From: Octopus vulgaris
Taxonomy: Eukaryota
Direction of reading: 5' to 3'
DNA: 64,000 nucleotides
Assembly: GCA_951406725.2 (NCBI GenBank)
Contig: OX597838.1
Span: forward strand, 28,086,001-28,150,000
Position numbers and translations under genes: made by a program. The notes under the pieces are model-generated. The model saw only the letters and a list, made by a program, of their open reading frames with translations, did not search any database and was not told the DNA's origin. Numbering within the stretch: the first letter of the stretch is position 1; every line of letters begins with the position of its first letter. Below, piece by piece: positions 1-11,225 of the stretch.

Positions 1-371
1 CATAAATAACTTCATTATCTTAAAATTTCTTTAACTGTTTAGCAACCATAGATATCGAATGAGGTTATCTGTCCTTGAACTAGTTTCGTGGGAGTTACCT
101 TGATAAACAGTAAAATTAAGATTTGTATTTTTTCTCTTTGATTAACCACATTTTCATTTGGAATAAAGGAGGTTTTTATCAACTTTTTCTTACGTTTTCT
201 TCCTTTTACTGGTTTTTGCCACTGAATTGCAATTTTTCCAGAGACATCGCCTCACAGTCAAGGTCTCTAGTATTGGTAGCCTGTTAAAATTATTGTTGTT
301 TGAAGGATGACTGGATGATGAAGGTAACTATATAGGTTGCTTTGAGAGGATGTAAGGAATTATTAATATTT

Positions 372-585
372 CGTCTGGCAGCCAGCCTTGTCTGGCACCT
401 CTGCCGGTGGCACGTAAAAAGCACCCACTACACTCACGGAGTGGTTGGTGTTAGGAAGGGCATCTAACTGTAGAAACATTGCCAGATCAGACTGGGCCTG
501 GTGCAGCCTTCTGGCTTCCCAGACCCCAGTTGAACCATTGCTAGCATGGAAGGCGGACGCTAAACGATGATGATGATGATGATTA
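372..585 (+). mobile_element. Family C: 5'-truncated retroelement 3' end (RTE-like) with (gat)n tail
   Basis: ggcacgtaaaaagcacccactacac..ggaagggcatc..gcatggaa..gatgatgat. Other copies at 11270-11868, 13914-14125, 15165-15432 (-), 16958-17108 (-), 26420-26670 and 56288-56428. Confidence 0.7.
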
Positions 586-596
586 CATCTGTTTTA

Positions 597-1600
597 AGGC
601 AGTGAGTTGGCAGGTTCGTTAGCATACTGGGCAAAATGCTTAGCAGTATTTTGCCTGTCTTTATGTTCTGAGTTCAAATTCCGCTGAGGTTGACTTTGCC
701 TTTTCGGAGTTGATGAAATAAGTACCAGTTATACATTGGGATTGATGTAATCGATTGGCCCCCTCCTCACCAAATTTCAGGCCTTGTTTCTATAACAGAA
801 AGGATTATTATATCTGTATAGTGGCATTTCATCCATCTCTGCATTCTGAGTTCAAATTCCACTGAGGTTGACTTTGCCTTCATCCTCTTGGGGTTGATAA
901 AAACAAGTACCAGTTGAGCACTGGGGTTGATTTAATCGACTTGGCCCCTTCCCCTAAACTGTTGACCTTGTGCCAGAATTTGAAACCAATATTATTGCAT
1001 TGTCTGAGTTCAGAGTTCAAGTCTTACTGAGGTCAACTTTGTCTTTCCTTCTTTTGGGATCAATAAAATAAAGTATGATGTGGACATTGGGGTCAAGGTA
1101 ATTGACCAACCTCCTCAAAATTGTAGGCCCTGTGCCTATTATAGAAAGAATTATTACTCTTATAAATATGGTAGATTGGTAGAATTGTTAGTTGTGGAAG
1201 GCAGTGAGCTGGCAGAATTGTTAGCATGCCAGGCAAAATGCTTAGCAGTATTTCATCTGCTGCTACGTTCTGAGTTCAAATTCCGCTGAAGTTGACTTTG
1301 ATATAAATAAGTACCAGTTACGCACTGGGGTCGATATAATCGACTTAATCCATTTATCTGTCCTTGTTTGTCCCCTCTGTGTGTAGCCCCTTGTGGGTAG
1401 TAAAGAAATAAGAATTAGTAGTTGTTAAAATACCTTGTGGTATTTGTTTTGATATTTTACGTTTTGAGGTCAATTCCTGCCAGGGTCATCTTTGCTTATC
1501 ATCTCTAAGGTCAATAGGGTAAGTACCAATCAGGTATAGAGATCAAAGGTACTGCCTTAACCCTTCTCTCAAAATTTCTGACCTAGAACCTAAATTAGAA
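597..1600 (+). mobile_element. Tandem cluster of SINE family B (tRNA-like head; gcctttcatcctttcggggtcgataaa..agtaccag core resembling the Meta/MESC SINE domain)
   Basis: Head ggcagtgagctggcagaa..gttagca and B-box gagttcaaattcc; about 5 copies. The domain assignment is from memory. Confidence 0.75.
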
Positions 1601-1691
1601 ACCATTGTTGTTATGAACGCATTATTAAAGATAGGGTTTAAGTCCCTTAGATTACATGAACCCTATACTTTGACATCTTGTAATTCTTCTG

Positions 1692-2070
1692 TGCAGGAGT
1701 GGCTGTGTGGTAAGTAGCTTGCTTACCAACCACATGGTTCTGGGTTCAGTTCCACTGCATGGCACCTTGGGCAAGTGTCTTCTACTATAGCCTCGGGCTG
1801 ACCAAAGCCTTGTGAGTGGATTTGGTAGATGGAAACTGAAAGAAACCCATCGTATATATATGTATATGTATGTGTATATGTTTGTGTGTCTGTGTTTGTC
1901 CCCCTAGCATCGCTTGACAACCGATGCTGGTGTGTTTACGTCCCCATAACTTAGCGGTTTGGCAAAAGTCCGATAGGCTTACTAAGAACAAGACCTGGGG
2001 TCGATTTTCTCGACTAAAGGCGGTGCTCCAGCATGGCTGCAGTTGAATGACTGAAACAAGTAAAAGAGTA
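1692..2070 (+). mobile_element. SINE family A (tRNA-like head, CORE-like segment, internal TA/TG microsatellite), full length
   Basis: A-box-like tggctgtgtgg, B-box-like ggttcagttcc, ccttgggcaagt CORE-like motif and tail gactgaaacaagtaaaagag. More than 20 related copies occur in the window. Confidence 0.85.
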
Positions 2071-2934
2071 TATAAAATCAGAGGAAGAAGGACAACACCC
2101 AGAAAACCTTTGTAGGATCATTGAAACTGGCAGTGGTGGTGGGGTAAGAATCCATGGGTCATAGGTTACGTCAGTAGTAGCAGATAGTGTATGATGATAT
2201 TACCTCTAAATTGATCTGAATGTATGTAACAGGCTGGATTTTACTAAAACCAACCACCACAAGCTAGTTGGGGTGGCTAAACCAGATGACCGATGAAGTG
2301 TAACCACCAAGGGGAGGCACAGGTCATTCCATGGACTTCCTATAGTTTTTGTCTTTCAGTGTTACTCGCAAGACTTAACTCATTAGCATTTAAACTGGCC
2401 ACATCTTGTCAGAATAGTCTACCTGTTTTACCTTTAAACTGATCAGATATGACCCCTCACACATACCTTACAGTATTATTCTAAAAATAAACAATGACAT
2501 CATTGGAATCTCACAGGTATGAGATAAAGCAGGATTAATTCAAAGCTATATGAATAAATAAGCATTACATTAGGCAGAATAAGCTGAATGCTAAGGGGTT
2601 TAGTCGATCCCAAAGTCATCATAGAAGACACTTACTCAAAGTGCTACACAGTTGGATCAAACCCATATTCAGGTGATTCTGAAGGAACTTTTTTTTGACC
2701 ACACTGCAATGGTCGCATCTTTAAATGCAGTTAGATATAAATTCTCTTTTTTTTTAACTTTTTTTTACTTTTTTTTCTTTTTGATTTTTTTTTTGTTTTT
2801 CTGAAATATGAAGTCTTGTGCATGTCACGTAATGAAAAAAGAAAAATTATATATTAATAGAAATAATGACGAGAGATTAAAAATAAACAAAACTCTGTTC
2901 AATTTGTCCTTGGCTTATCTTTTGTTCTTCACAG

Positions 2935-3104
2935 GTTACGGATCTTTGACCTGATTCTCTTTACGAACTTTATTAATTTGCCAGTGTCTTCATTTGCAAT
3001 CTGATCATTTGATGTTTGCATATGAGACCTTTATTATCGAATGAAGGGCCCACTCTTAAGTTTGTCTCTTAGTTGGAGTGGAGGGCTCTTATTGTTGCAT
3101 TAAG
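2935..3104 (+). other. Candidate non-coding or poison cassette exon (170 nt) in the large Mondo intron
   Basis: Strong acceptor cttatcttttgttcttcacag| and donor aag|gtatgt in non-repetitive sequence. All three frames contain stops. Confidence 0.45.
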
Positions 3105-5835
3105 GTATGTTTCTTGTTTTGAAATACTACTATTACTAATAACGATGATCCTTTCTACAATAGACACAAGGCCTGAAATGGGGGGAGGGAACCAGCTGAT
3201 CATATCAACCCCAGTGTTTCACTGGTACTTATTTCACTGACTCTGAAAGGATGAAAGCGGAATTTGAACTCAGAACGTAGCGATGGGTGAAATGCCGTTA
3301 TGCATTTCTTATTTTGGTACAAGGCCAAGCTCCCACCAGTTTATTGTCGTTCCATCACCTACCCACTCGACAGAGCCTTTATCTAGTTTCTTGACATGTT
3401 ATGAATAGTAGCTAAATCTCACCATGACCATTGTCTTTCAGAAATGAAAGACAGATTGAATAACAGAATTTGAAAAACTCTCTATCTGAGAAGACAGTGT
3501 GTGTGTGTGTGTGTGTGCGCGCTGGGGGAGAGGGTTGATGTAGTCCTCTAAGCCTCACCAACTCTTGTCAAGCTGTCCAACCCATACCGGCATGGAAAAC
3601 AAACCCAAAATGATGATGACAGACATACACACAACAACAACAACAGCAGTATGTGATACCCCACCCTACAAAAGTGCTGCTTCACTGGCCATATTTACCA
3701 AACCAACCTTGACCTGTTCAGATAGATTCACCTCTCCAAAAGCTGTCTCTGAGAATCTCCTGATAATTTTTCCATTCTTTATCTGCAAAACCAGACCAAA
3801 ATGTTCTGCTGCTGCCTCCTGGTGGTGTTTCTAAGCCTGCTGGAATGATTATCTACCTCTACTCTGCGTAGTTTATCGCTGAAATTCATTCTTTATTTTC
3901 TCAAATATACACTTTATCTCTTAGGATTTAATGAACTTTATGCACGTGCATGGTGCATATCTTGGTGTATACAGTGTGTGTATGGATGTGCAGTATGCTT
4001 GTGTATCTGAGTAAGTATGTGGTATGTACATATACTTGACGTACGCTTGCACACACATATATGCACACACAAATGTTGACAGGTATATATATTTATCTGA
4101 GTTTTGTTTGTACCGAGAAAAGCTGGTAGAGCTTGATGTAGTCCTCTGCCTCACCAACTCTTGTCAAGCTGTCCAAGCCATACCGGCATGGAAAACAAAC
4201 CCAAAATGATGATACAGATATGTACAAACACGCATGCGTGCACACACACATACAGACATGCACACATACAGAAATACATGCACACATATATGCACTCATA
4301 CAGACATGCACACATAGATAGATGCATGCAGGCATGCACACACACAGGCAGACACGCACACAAACAGGCAGATGTGCACACACAGGCAGACATGCACACA
4401 CACGCACACAGATGCGTGCACAGACATACAGATGCACACACACACAGATATGTACAGGCATGCATGCGCACACAAATACAGATATGAATGTACATAGACA
4501 TGCATACACACACACATACAGACATGCACACACATAGACACACATGCACAAACATTCACACATACACGCACAGACACATACGTACACACACACACATACA
4601 TACACGCACATACACATGCATGCTAGCATGGAAAGCGGACGTTAAATGATGATGATGATGATATATATATGTCTGTTTGTCCCCCTGCCATTGCTTGACA
4701 ACCGATGTTGGTGTACACAAACACATATGCATATATGTAAATATACTTGATTTGTACATATATGTACATATACTTGATTTATCGTCCCGGGGTCGATTTG
4801 CTCGACTAAATGCGGTGCTCCAGCATGGCCGGAGTCAAATGACTGAAAAGAGTAAACACCCTAAACTATGGACTTGATTGAAGGTTCAATGGACTCTCCC
4901 ATTGAAGACTACATGTGAGTGTTCAGCTTTTGCTTAACAACCTGCACAAATGATTCGTTTATAGTAATCAAGCATTTGTGTCACCTATTAGCTTACTCCC
5001 TCCATTAAATTGATGTTGTTTGAACAGGTGCCCGATGTGCCACATGTCAGGTATCAAAGTGATCAAAGAACAATGTGAGATGAAGTATTTTGCTCTAGGA
5101 CACAATGCACCACCCAGTCTAGGAATTGAAACCGTGATCTTGTGATTGTAAGTGCAACACTCTAACCACTAGGCCATGTGTCCTCACAATGAAGATATAA
5201 TCAATCTATATATGATATTTTTCGGCTAGGCTACGACTACATTGGTAATGCTTTAGCAAATTTTTACTATGCTGTGCTATATATCCTTATTTACACATCA
5301 GAGAAAAGAGCACATAGCTGGATTTGAACCCATAGTTCCAGTAAGCAAAGCACTGTTGCTGTCTCACTGAGCTGTGGATTCTCTAAGAAAATGCATGTGT
5401 GATGCGTGTGCATGCACACACACACACTACAACTAGAGTGAAAGCGACAGGCTGTAGTGAGATCAAAGATACATAATATGGTGCTGGCAGTTTAACTGCT
5501 CTCAGCTCTGATTGCTTAGGACTCTGATCAAAGATATTCCACCCATGACCATCATAATTTTTTTTTTTTAGATATTGTTAGACCTAAGTTATCTCTTAAT
5601 GAGCTGACCTAAGGTCAAAGACACTCCAGCCATAACCTTCCTGTCATCCTTTTTTCTTTTCTTCTAATGCATCATTCAGTGTGTCCTTCCTTGTTTAAGA
5701 TCATAGGATTTAGTATGAGGGAGATTTAGCTGCTATATATAATGTAGGTCACTGATATTAGTTAAGTTCTAGTATATTTACTTACTTTGAATGTCATTCT
5801 CTCTCCCCCCTCTCTCTTCCTCCCCCATATGTATG

Positions 5836-6226
5836 TACTCTTTTACTCTTTTCAGTCATTTGACTGTGGCCATGCTGGAGCACTGCCTTTAGTCGAGCAA
5901 ATAAACCCCAGGACTTATTCTTTGTAAGCCTAGTACTTATTCTGTTGGTCTCTTTTGCTGAACCGCTAAGTTACAGGGACTTAAATACTCCACCGTTGGT
6001 TGTCAAGCAATGTTGTGGGGACAAACCTCAGATACACAAACATACACACACACATACTTACATACATATATATATGACGGGCTTCTTTCAGTTTCCATCT
6101 ATCAAATCCACTCAGAAGACTGGTTGGCCCTAGGCTATAGTAGCAGACACTTGCCCAAGGTGCCATGCAGCGGGACTGAACCCGGAACCATGTGGTTGGT
6201 AAGCAAGCTACTTACCACACAGCCAC
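5836..6226 (-). mobile_element. SINE family A, full length
   Basis: Reverse complement of the family A consensus. Confidence 0.85.
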
Positions 6227-6509
6227 TCGTACGCTGTATGTGTGCATATATGTGTATTATATATATATATATACTCAATTACAAAAGTGATAATAGTTTC
6301 ATGCTTTAAGATACATCTAATGTTATGAATTAAGCCTGAAAGATTGCATGGAGATACATGACATGTTATATAAATCTGCCAATTTAATGTATCTCAAAGC
6401 ATAAAAAACTATTGGTAGCTCTTTTGTAATTATATATATTCAATGATATTTATCTCTCACTGGATGGTGTACTTTTTCTGTTGATCTTAACCTATAGTGG
6501 AACTGTAAA

Positions 6510-6549
<40 letters not shown>

Positions 6550-7175
6550 TTGTGCGTGTGTATGTATGTATATTATCTGGTTTTACTAATTTGATATTCC
6601 ATTTGCAGTATGGCTTAAAAGTATCCGTTACTGGATGCTAATATCAGCATGCTACTTAATTGCTTTTATAAAAGAAATAAGAGCAAGAAAATATTTAAGA
6701 CTCAAACTAGAAACAGCAACAACAACAATCTGTCTTTGCATCCTTATCTGAGATAGAACTGGTGTATATTTGCTTTGATCTTATTCCTTAGAACTAGCTG
6801 CAGTAATTAGATTGTTGTTTAGCCCCGGGATCAGACCTAAATCTGTTCTATTGGAACAGATTCATCGGTGAAGTAATTATGTTCTTGTTGTTGTTGATGT
6901 TGTTGTTGGTGATCGATCGTGTTATGGTATTGGTTGTTATGGTGATTGTTGTTGTTGTGGTTGTAATGGTTGTTGTTTGTTTGTTTAGCACTGGGTCAAC
7001 TCTGATAGAACAACCTTATTATTCAAGTGTTGTTATTGTGTAAGCCCAAGGCCTGTGTGTGTGTGTGCATGAATGTTTATGTCTTATTGTCTTGACATCA
7101 TGTGATGGCTGTAAACAAGTGGCACCATCATATAAGCAGTCTCTTTTTTCCAGCCTTCTGTAAAAAACTTGCTCA

Positions 7176-7570
7176 TAGGCATAGGAGTGGCTGTGTGGTA
7201 AGTAGCTTGCTTATGAACCACATGGTTCCGGGTTCAGTCTCACTTCGTGGCAAACTTGGGCAAGTGTCTTCTACTATAGCCTCGGGATGACCAAAGCCTT
7301 GTGAGTGGATTTGGTAGACGGAAACTGAAAGAAGATGTCGTATATATGTATATATGTATGTGTGTGTATGTGTTTGTGTCTGTGTTTGTCCCCCCAACAT
7401 TGCTTGACAACCGATGCTGGTGTGTTTGCGTCACCGTAACTTAGCGGTTCGGCAGAAGAGACCGATAGAATAAGTATTAGGCTTACAAAGAATAAGTCCT
7501 GGGGTCAATTTGCTCGACTAAAGGCAGTGCTCCAGCATGACCACAGTCAAATGACTGAAACAAGTAAGAC
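7176..7570 (+). mobile_element. SINE family A inserted into an older RTE-tailed SINE (7040-7712)
   Basis: Family A consensus. The flanks join to form the older element also seen at 10828-11225. Confidence 0.8.
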
Positions 7571-8280
7571 TAAAGCCACAGGGAAATATAACCTTTGCTC
7601 GGAAGCAGACAAGGATTGACATCAAGAAAGGCACCGGGCATTAGGAAGTCTGCCTTAACAATTCCCCTCTGATCCATGCAAGCATCGAAAAGTGGATGTT
7701 AGACAGATGATGGCAAAGATAATTTGTAGAGCATCAAGCTGCAGGGAAAGCTTTAATCCATTCCTTTATTTTGGAACTATTTCTCTTGTTCGTTGAGTAA
7801 AAAGTATAAGCAAATAGTTAATTGTTGAGTTTGGTGATAATGTCAGAGTCCAGTTGTTTGGTGAACGGAACTACCTTTCCATTGCATTCTGGGGTATGGG
7901 GGAGGTTGCTGGATGGGACTGACCGTTCCATTGGTACATAAATCCTTAATGTAACCCTTTGCTAGATTCAACATGACAGTGTGTGGGGATGGGTCAAAGC
8001 TGACCTTTTGAATTATGGTATTAGGTCCATCCAACAGGCTTCCCCATAGTTTCCGTCTACCCAGTATTATCACGAGGGTTGGTTCGGTTTGAAGTTACCA
8101 TAGAAGCCACTTGAGAACACAAGATCTAATGACTGCAAATGGATTTTCTTAACCTTTTGGCCATGCTTAGCAGTGGCAAAAGCTAGAGCGTGTGCCGCTT
8201 GGAGCAGCCCTTGAGTTTGCTGTACCTGTCCCCGTACTGGCCCTGAAGAACTGCCCAGAGTGGACTGCCCTCTCAGCTTG

Positions 8281-9038
8281 TGAAATTTTTTTCCCACAAG
8301 AGTTCCAGACCCCAGTAATGAATTCATTTGCATACAGCCAATCAGAGCTCACCCTGACCTTGTTGTCAAGGTAACAAACACACTCTACCAAAGAAATTCA
8401 AGATAAAGAACGGTGTTGTTTTAAGTCAACCGATGGCCAAGTTATACCTGATTTTAGGAGACAAGTAATTAGATAGATTTGCATCTATACCTATTATCGG
8501 ATTTTGTTAGGGCTCCATATGGTAAAGGTGCGGATGGGGAAAATGTGGGTAGAGGGTGATGTACTAGCAACCCTCTCCCCTTACTGTTTTACAAAGTAAA
8601 CAACAACACAACTATGCAGAGGCAGTCATGGTTGGAACAAGAACAAGATCAAGGAGCATTATTAAGAGAAAAGAAGCATGGTCATTCCTTACCCCAGTGC
8701 TTTTCAAACTTTTTGCTGGAGCGGAACCCCAAGGAAACATTCCACTGGCTCGAGGAACCCCTGTGCAATAATTTAATAGTCTTATGCACACATATCTGCA
8801 CAGGAGACTTAAAAATTACTGCCGATTTTAGCAGTTTTGTAACTTCTTGCGGAACCCCTGCACTGTACTGGCAGAACCCTAAGGTTCCGCGGAACCCTGG
8901 TTGAAAACCACTGCCTTACCCAAATAACCTAATCTTATCGCCAATCACTTGTTATGCGTTCATAAATTAGTTTGATAGTTGAGTTCTGATTGGTTGTATG
9001 CAAATGAGTTCATAACTCTTGTGGGAAAAAAAATTTCG
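8281..9038. mobile_element. Putative TIR element with ~55-bp inverted ends, hosting the hAT MITE
   Basis: gaaattttttcccacaagagtt..atgaattcatttgcatacagccaatcagagctc versus gagttctgattggttgtatgcaaatgagttcataactcttgtgggaaaaaaaatttc. Confidence 0.6.
8695..8913. mobile_element. hAT-type MITE with a perfect 8-bp TSD
   Basis: TIRs cagtgcttttcaa / ttgaaaaccactg; TSD ccttaccc at 8687-8694 and 8914-8921. Confidence 0.9.
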
Positions 9039-9823
9039 CTTCCAGCTCTGCTACAGTTGTTTATGTCTAGACTACAAAATCCAATAAAGGTCATCTATTC
9101 ATAATGCATCTTTCTTGTCATTATATTTTAGCAGTTCAGTAACCTTTCATTGTCAATGCTGTTGTTACCTTGATTTATAAGACTGACATCAAAGCCTCTG
9201 TTGTGCTTATCAACAATAAGAATTATTTCTGTGATTCGTGATAAATTTCTATTCAAAATGTCAGCCAATCACATGAATTGGTTTCATATTTTCCTTCCTT
9301 ATCAGAAAGTGACTTGGTCACAATGTCCCTCAAGTACCTGCCTATATCAAGTTCAATAGCTGTGGTTGTGTAAAATATTTGTAACGCTTGATAATGTTGC
9401 GTTTCACATAATCATACAATTGGTTAGCAATTGGGTCACAGTAAAGAAACAAACAATCTGTGACCATTGCCTCTGATGGAAACAGTGGGTGGATGGATGT
9501 GCAGGGATATTTTTGTATGTAGGAAAAGATATAATAAGCAGTGGAGTTTCTAGATATAAACTTAATCTATTCTAGAGCTCTAATTGTTAATTGAATTGTT
9601 CATTATATGAGCAAGTGAAATGCATACGAATAGGGGTAATCCATTTCAAGTCACACCCAAACTCCACATGAAGCCATGAAATGATGTTTTAGTTGTCCAT
9701 CCATCAATAACAAATACATACGTGAGTGCGCACATGCATATATCTCATGTCTTGGGAGGGTCATAATGCCAATAATAACACCTACTCTGGTTCAATTACA
9801 CTTCTTTGTTAGTTAACTGGTTA

Positions 9824-10041
9824 AATACCTAACCAACTAACAGATCGTTGATTTGTATAATGTGCTGGTTAAACAATCAAATGATTGTTTGTTTGTTAGA
9901 GTTCTTTCATCACTATTTGAACTTCCTAGTCATTTGCCCTCTCTCTTCAAGGTCTGCTATGACCAACAACCAACCAACCAACCAAACAATTGTTTAACCA
10001 GCACATTAAACAAATGATAGATTAATTAGTTGGTTAAATAT
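9824..10041. repeat. Foldback inverted repeat, ~75-bp arms and ~65-bp spacer
   Basis: taaccaactaa..atttgtataatgtgctggttaaacaat versus attgtttaaccagcacattaaacaaat..ttagttggtta. Confidence 0.75.
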
Positions 10042-10827
10042 TATTCACATTGTTTCAAATTAATCATGCATTAATCTCATAGCTTTGAAATTTCAATGAG
10101 ATAGACTATTTTTAAAATGACATTGTAGGCTACATGTGAGAGGCCAGATTTAGTGAGTTTGAACATAAAACAAGTAGAATATTTGGGCCATATATGGCCA
10201 GTTTAAATGCAAAAGGATTTACCCTTTTGTTACTAACCCGGCCAAAACCAGCTCTGGCTATGTGGTAAAAGGTCTTGTTTTCATAAGTTTTGAATTAAAA
10301 TCTTCCTCCAAGCCTTAGTCACAATTTATGTTCCAAACACTAACTTAATGATAACTAAGTTATTTTACAAAATTCTTTGTTATATTTAAAATGATTGAAA
10401 GAAACACAGAGCATCTCAAAATAAATACAGTAATGAAAGGGTTAAAGCAGTTTTTTCTTCTCATGACTAAAGCAGTTTTTTTTTCTTCTTCCTCAACTCC
10501 GTATTTTTTAATTTTTTGGTTAGTTTATTTCTAACCACTTGAATCAAATATCTTGAAACAATAAACAAAGATGTATCTGAGGCTATTTATTTTACGTTTG
10601 TTTCTTGCTGGTTCCAATGTGTATTGTATTTTGTATGCAGTGAGTAGGAACGTGTAATCTTGACTTAAGTATCTGGTCAAGTTCCATTCCGTTCCCCCTC
10701 ACCATTATTTTAACACAATTGTATTTGAATTCCTGGAATTGATCGTTTGTTTACAAGAGTTAAAATAAATAAACGAATAGATAAAGGAAGCGTGTGCCTA
10801 GTGTTTATATTGGTGAGAAATATAGGC

Positions 10828-11225
10828 CACATCATCATCATCATGTCCACTTTTCCATGCTTGTATGGGTTGGAAGGAAGTTATTGAAGCAGATTTTCTA
10901 TGACCAGATAACCTTCCAGATGCCAACCCTTACCTGTATTCAAGAAAGGTAAAATTTCCATATGGCCGGACATGTTTTTGCAGAATATTGGAAATGAGTG
11001 GCAGTGACTCTTATATTTACAACTATCACCTGATGTCGAGAAAAAGTGACATAAACACACTCGACACACACATGCATACACATGCACACACATGCATGCA
11101 TGATGGCTTCTTTCAGTTTTGGTCTACCAAATCCACTCCCGATGCTTTGGTCAGCCTGGGGTTATAGCAGAAACCTGAAATCATGTAGTTAAGAAGCAAA
11201 CTTCATAACCACGTAGCCATGTCTG
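10828..11225 (-). mobile_element. Older SINE with an A-like head and a C/RTE-like tail (also 52688-53380 +, interrupted by SINE-B)
   Basis: A-type head joined through a distinct body to a ggaagg..catc..gtagaaaatctg..catgcaagcatggaaaagtggac tail. Confidence 0.6.

Noticed and set aside
10646-10696. Possible pre-miRNA hairpin ggaacg..cttgac/gtcaag..cgttcc
   Set aside because: Large asymmetric internal loop and too few pairs for a credible precursor.
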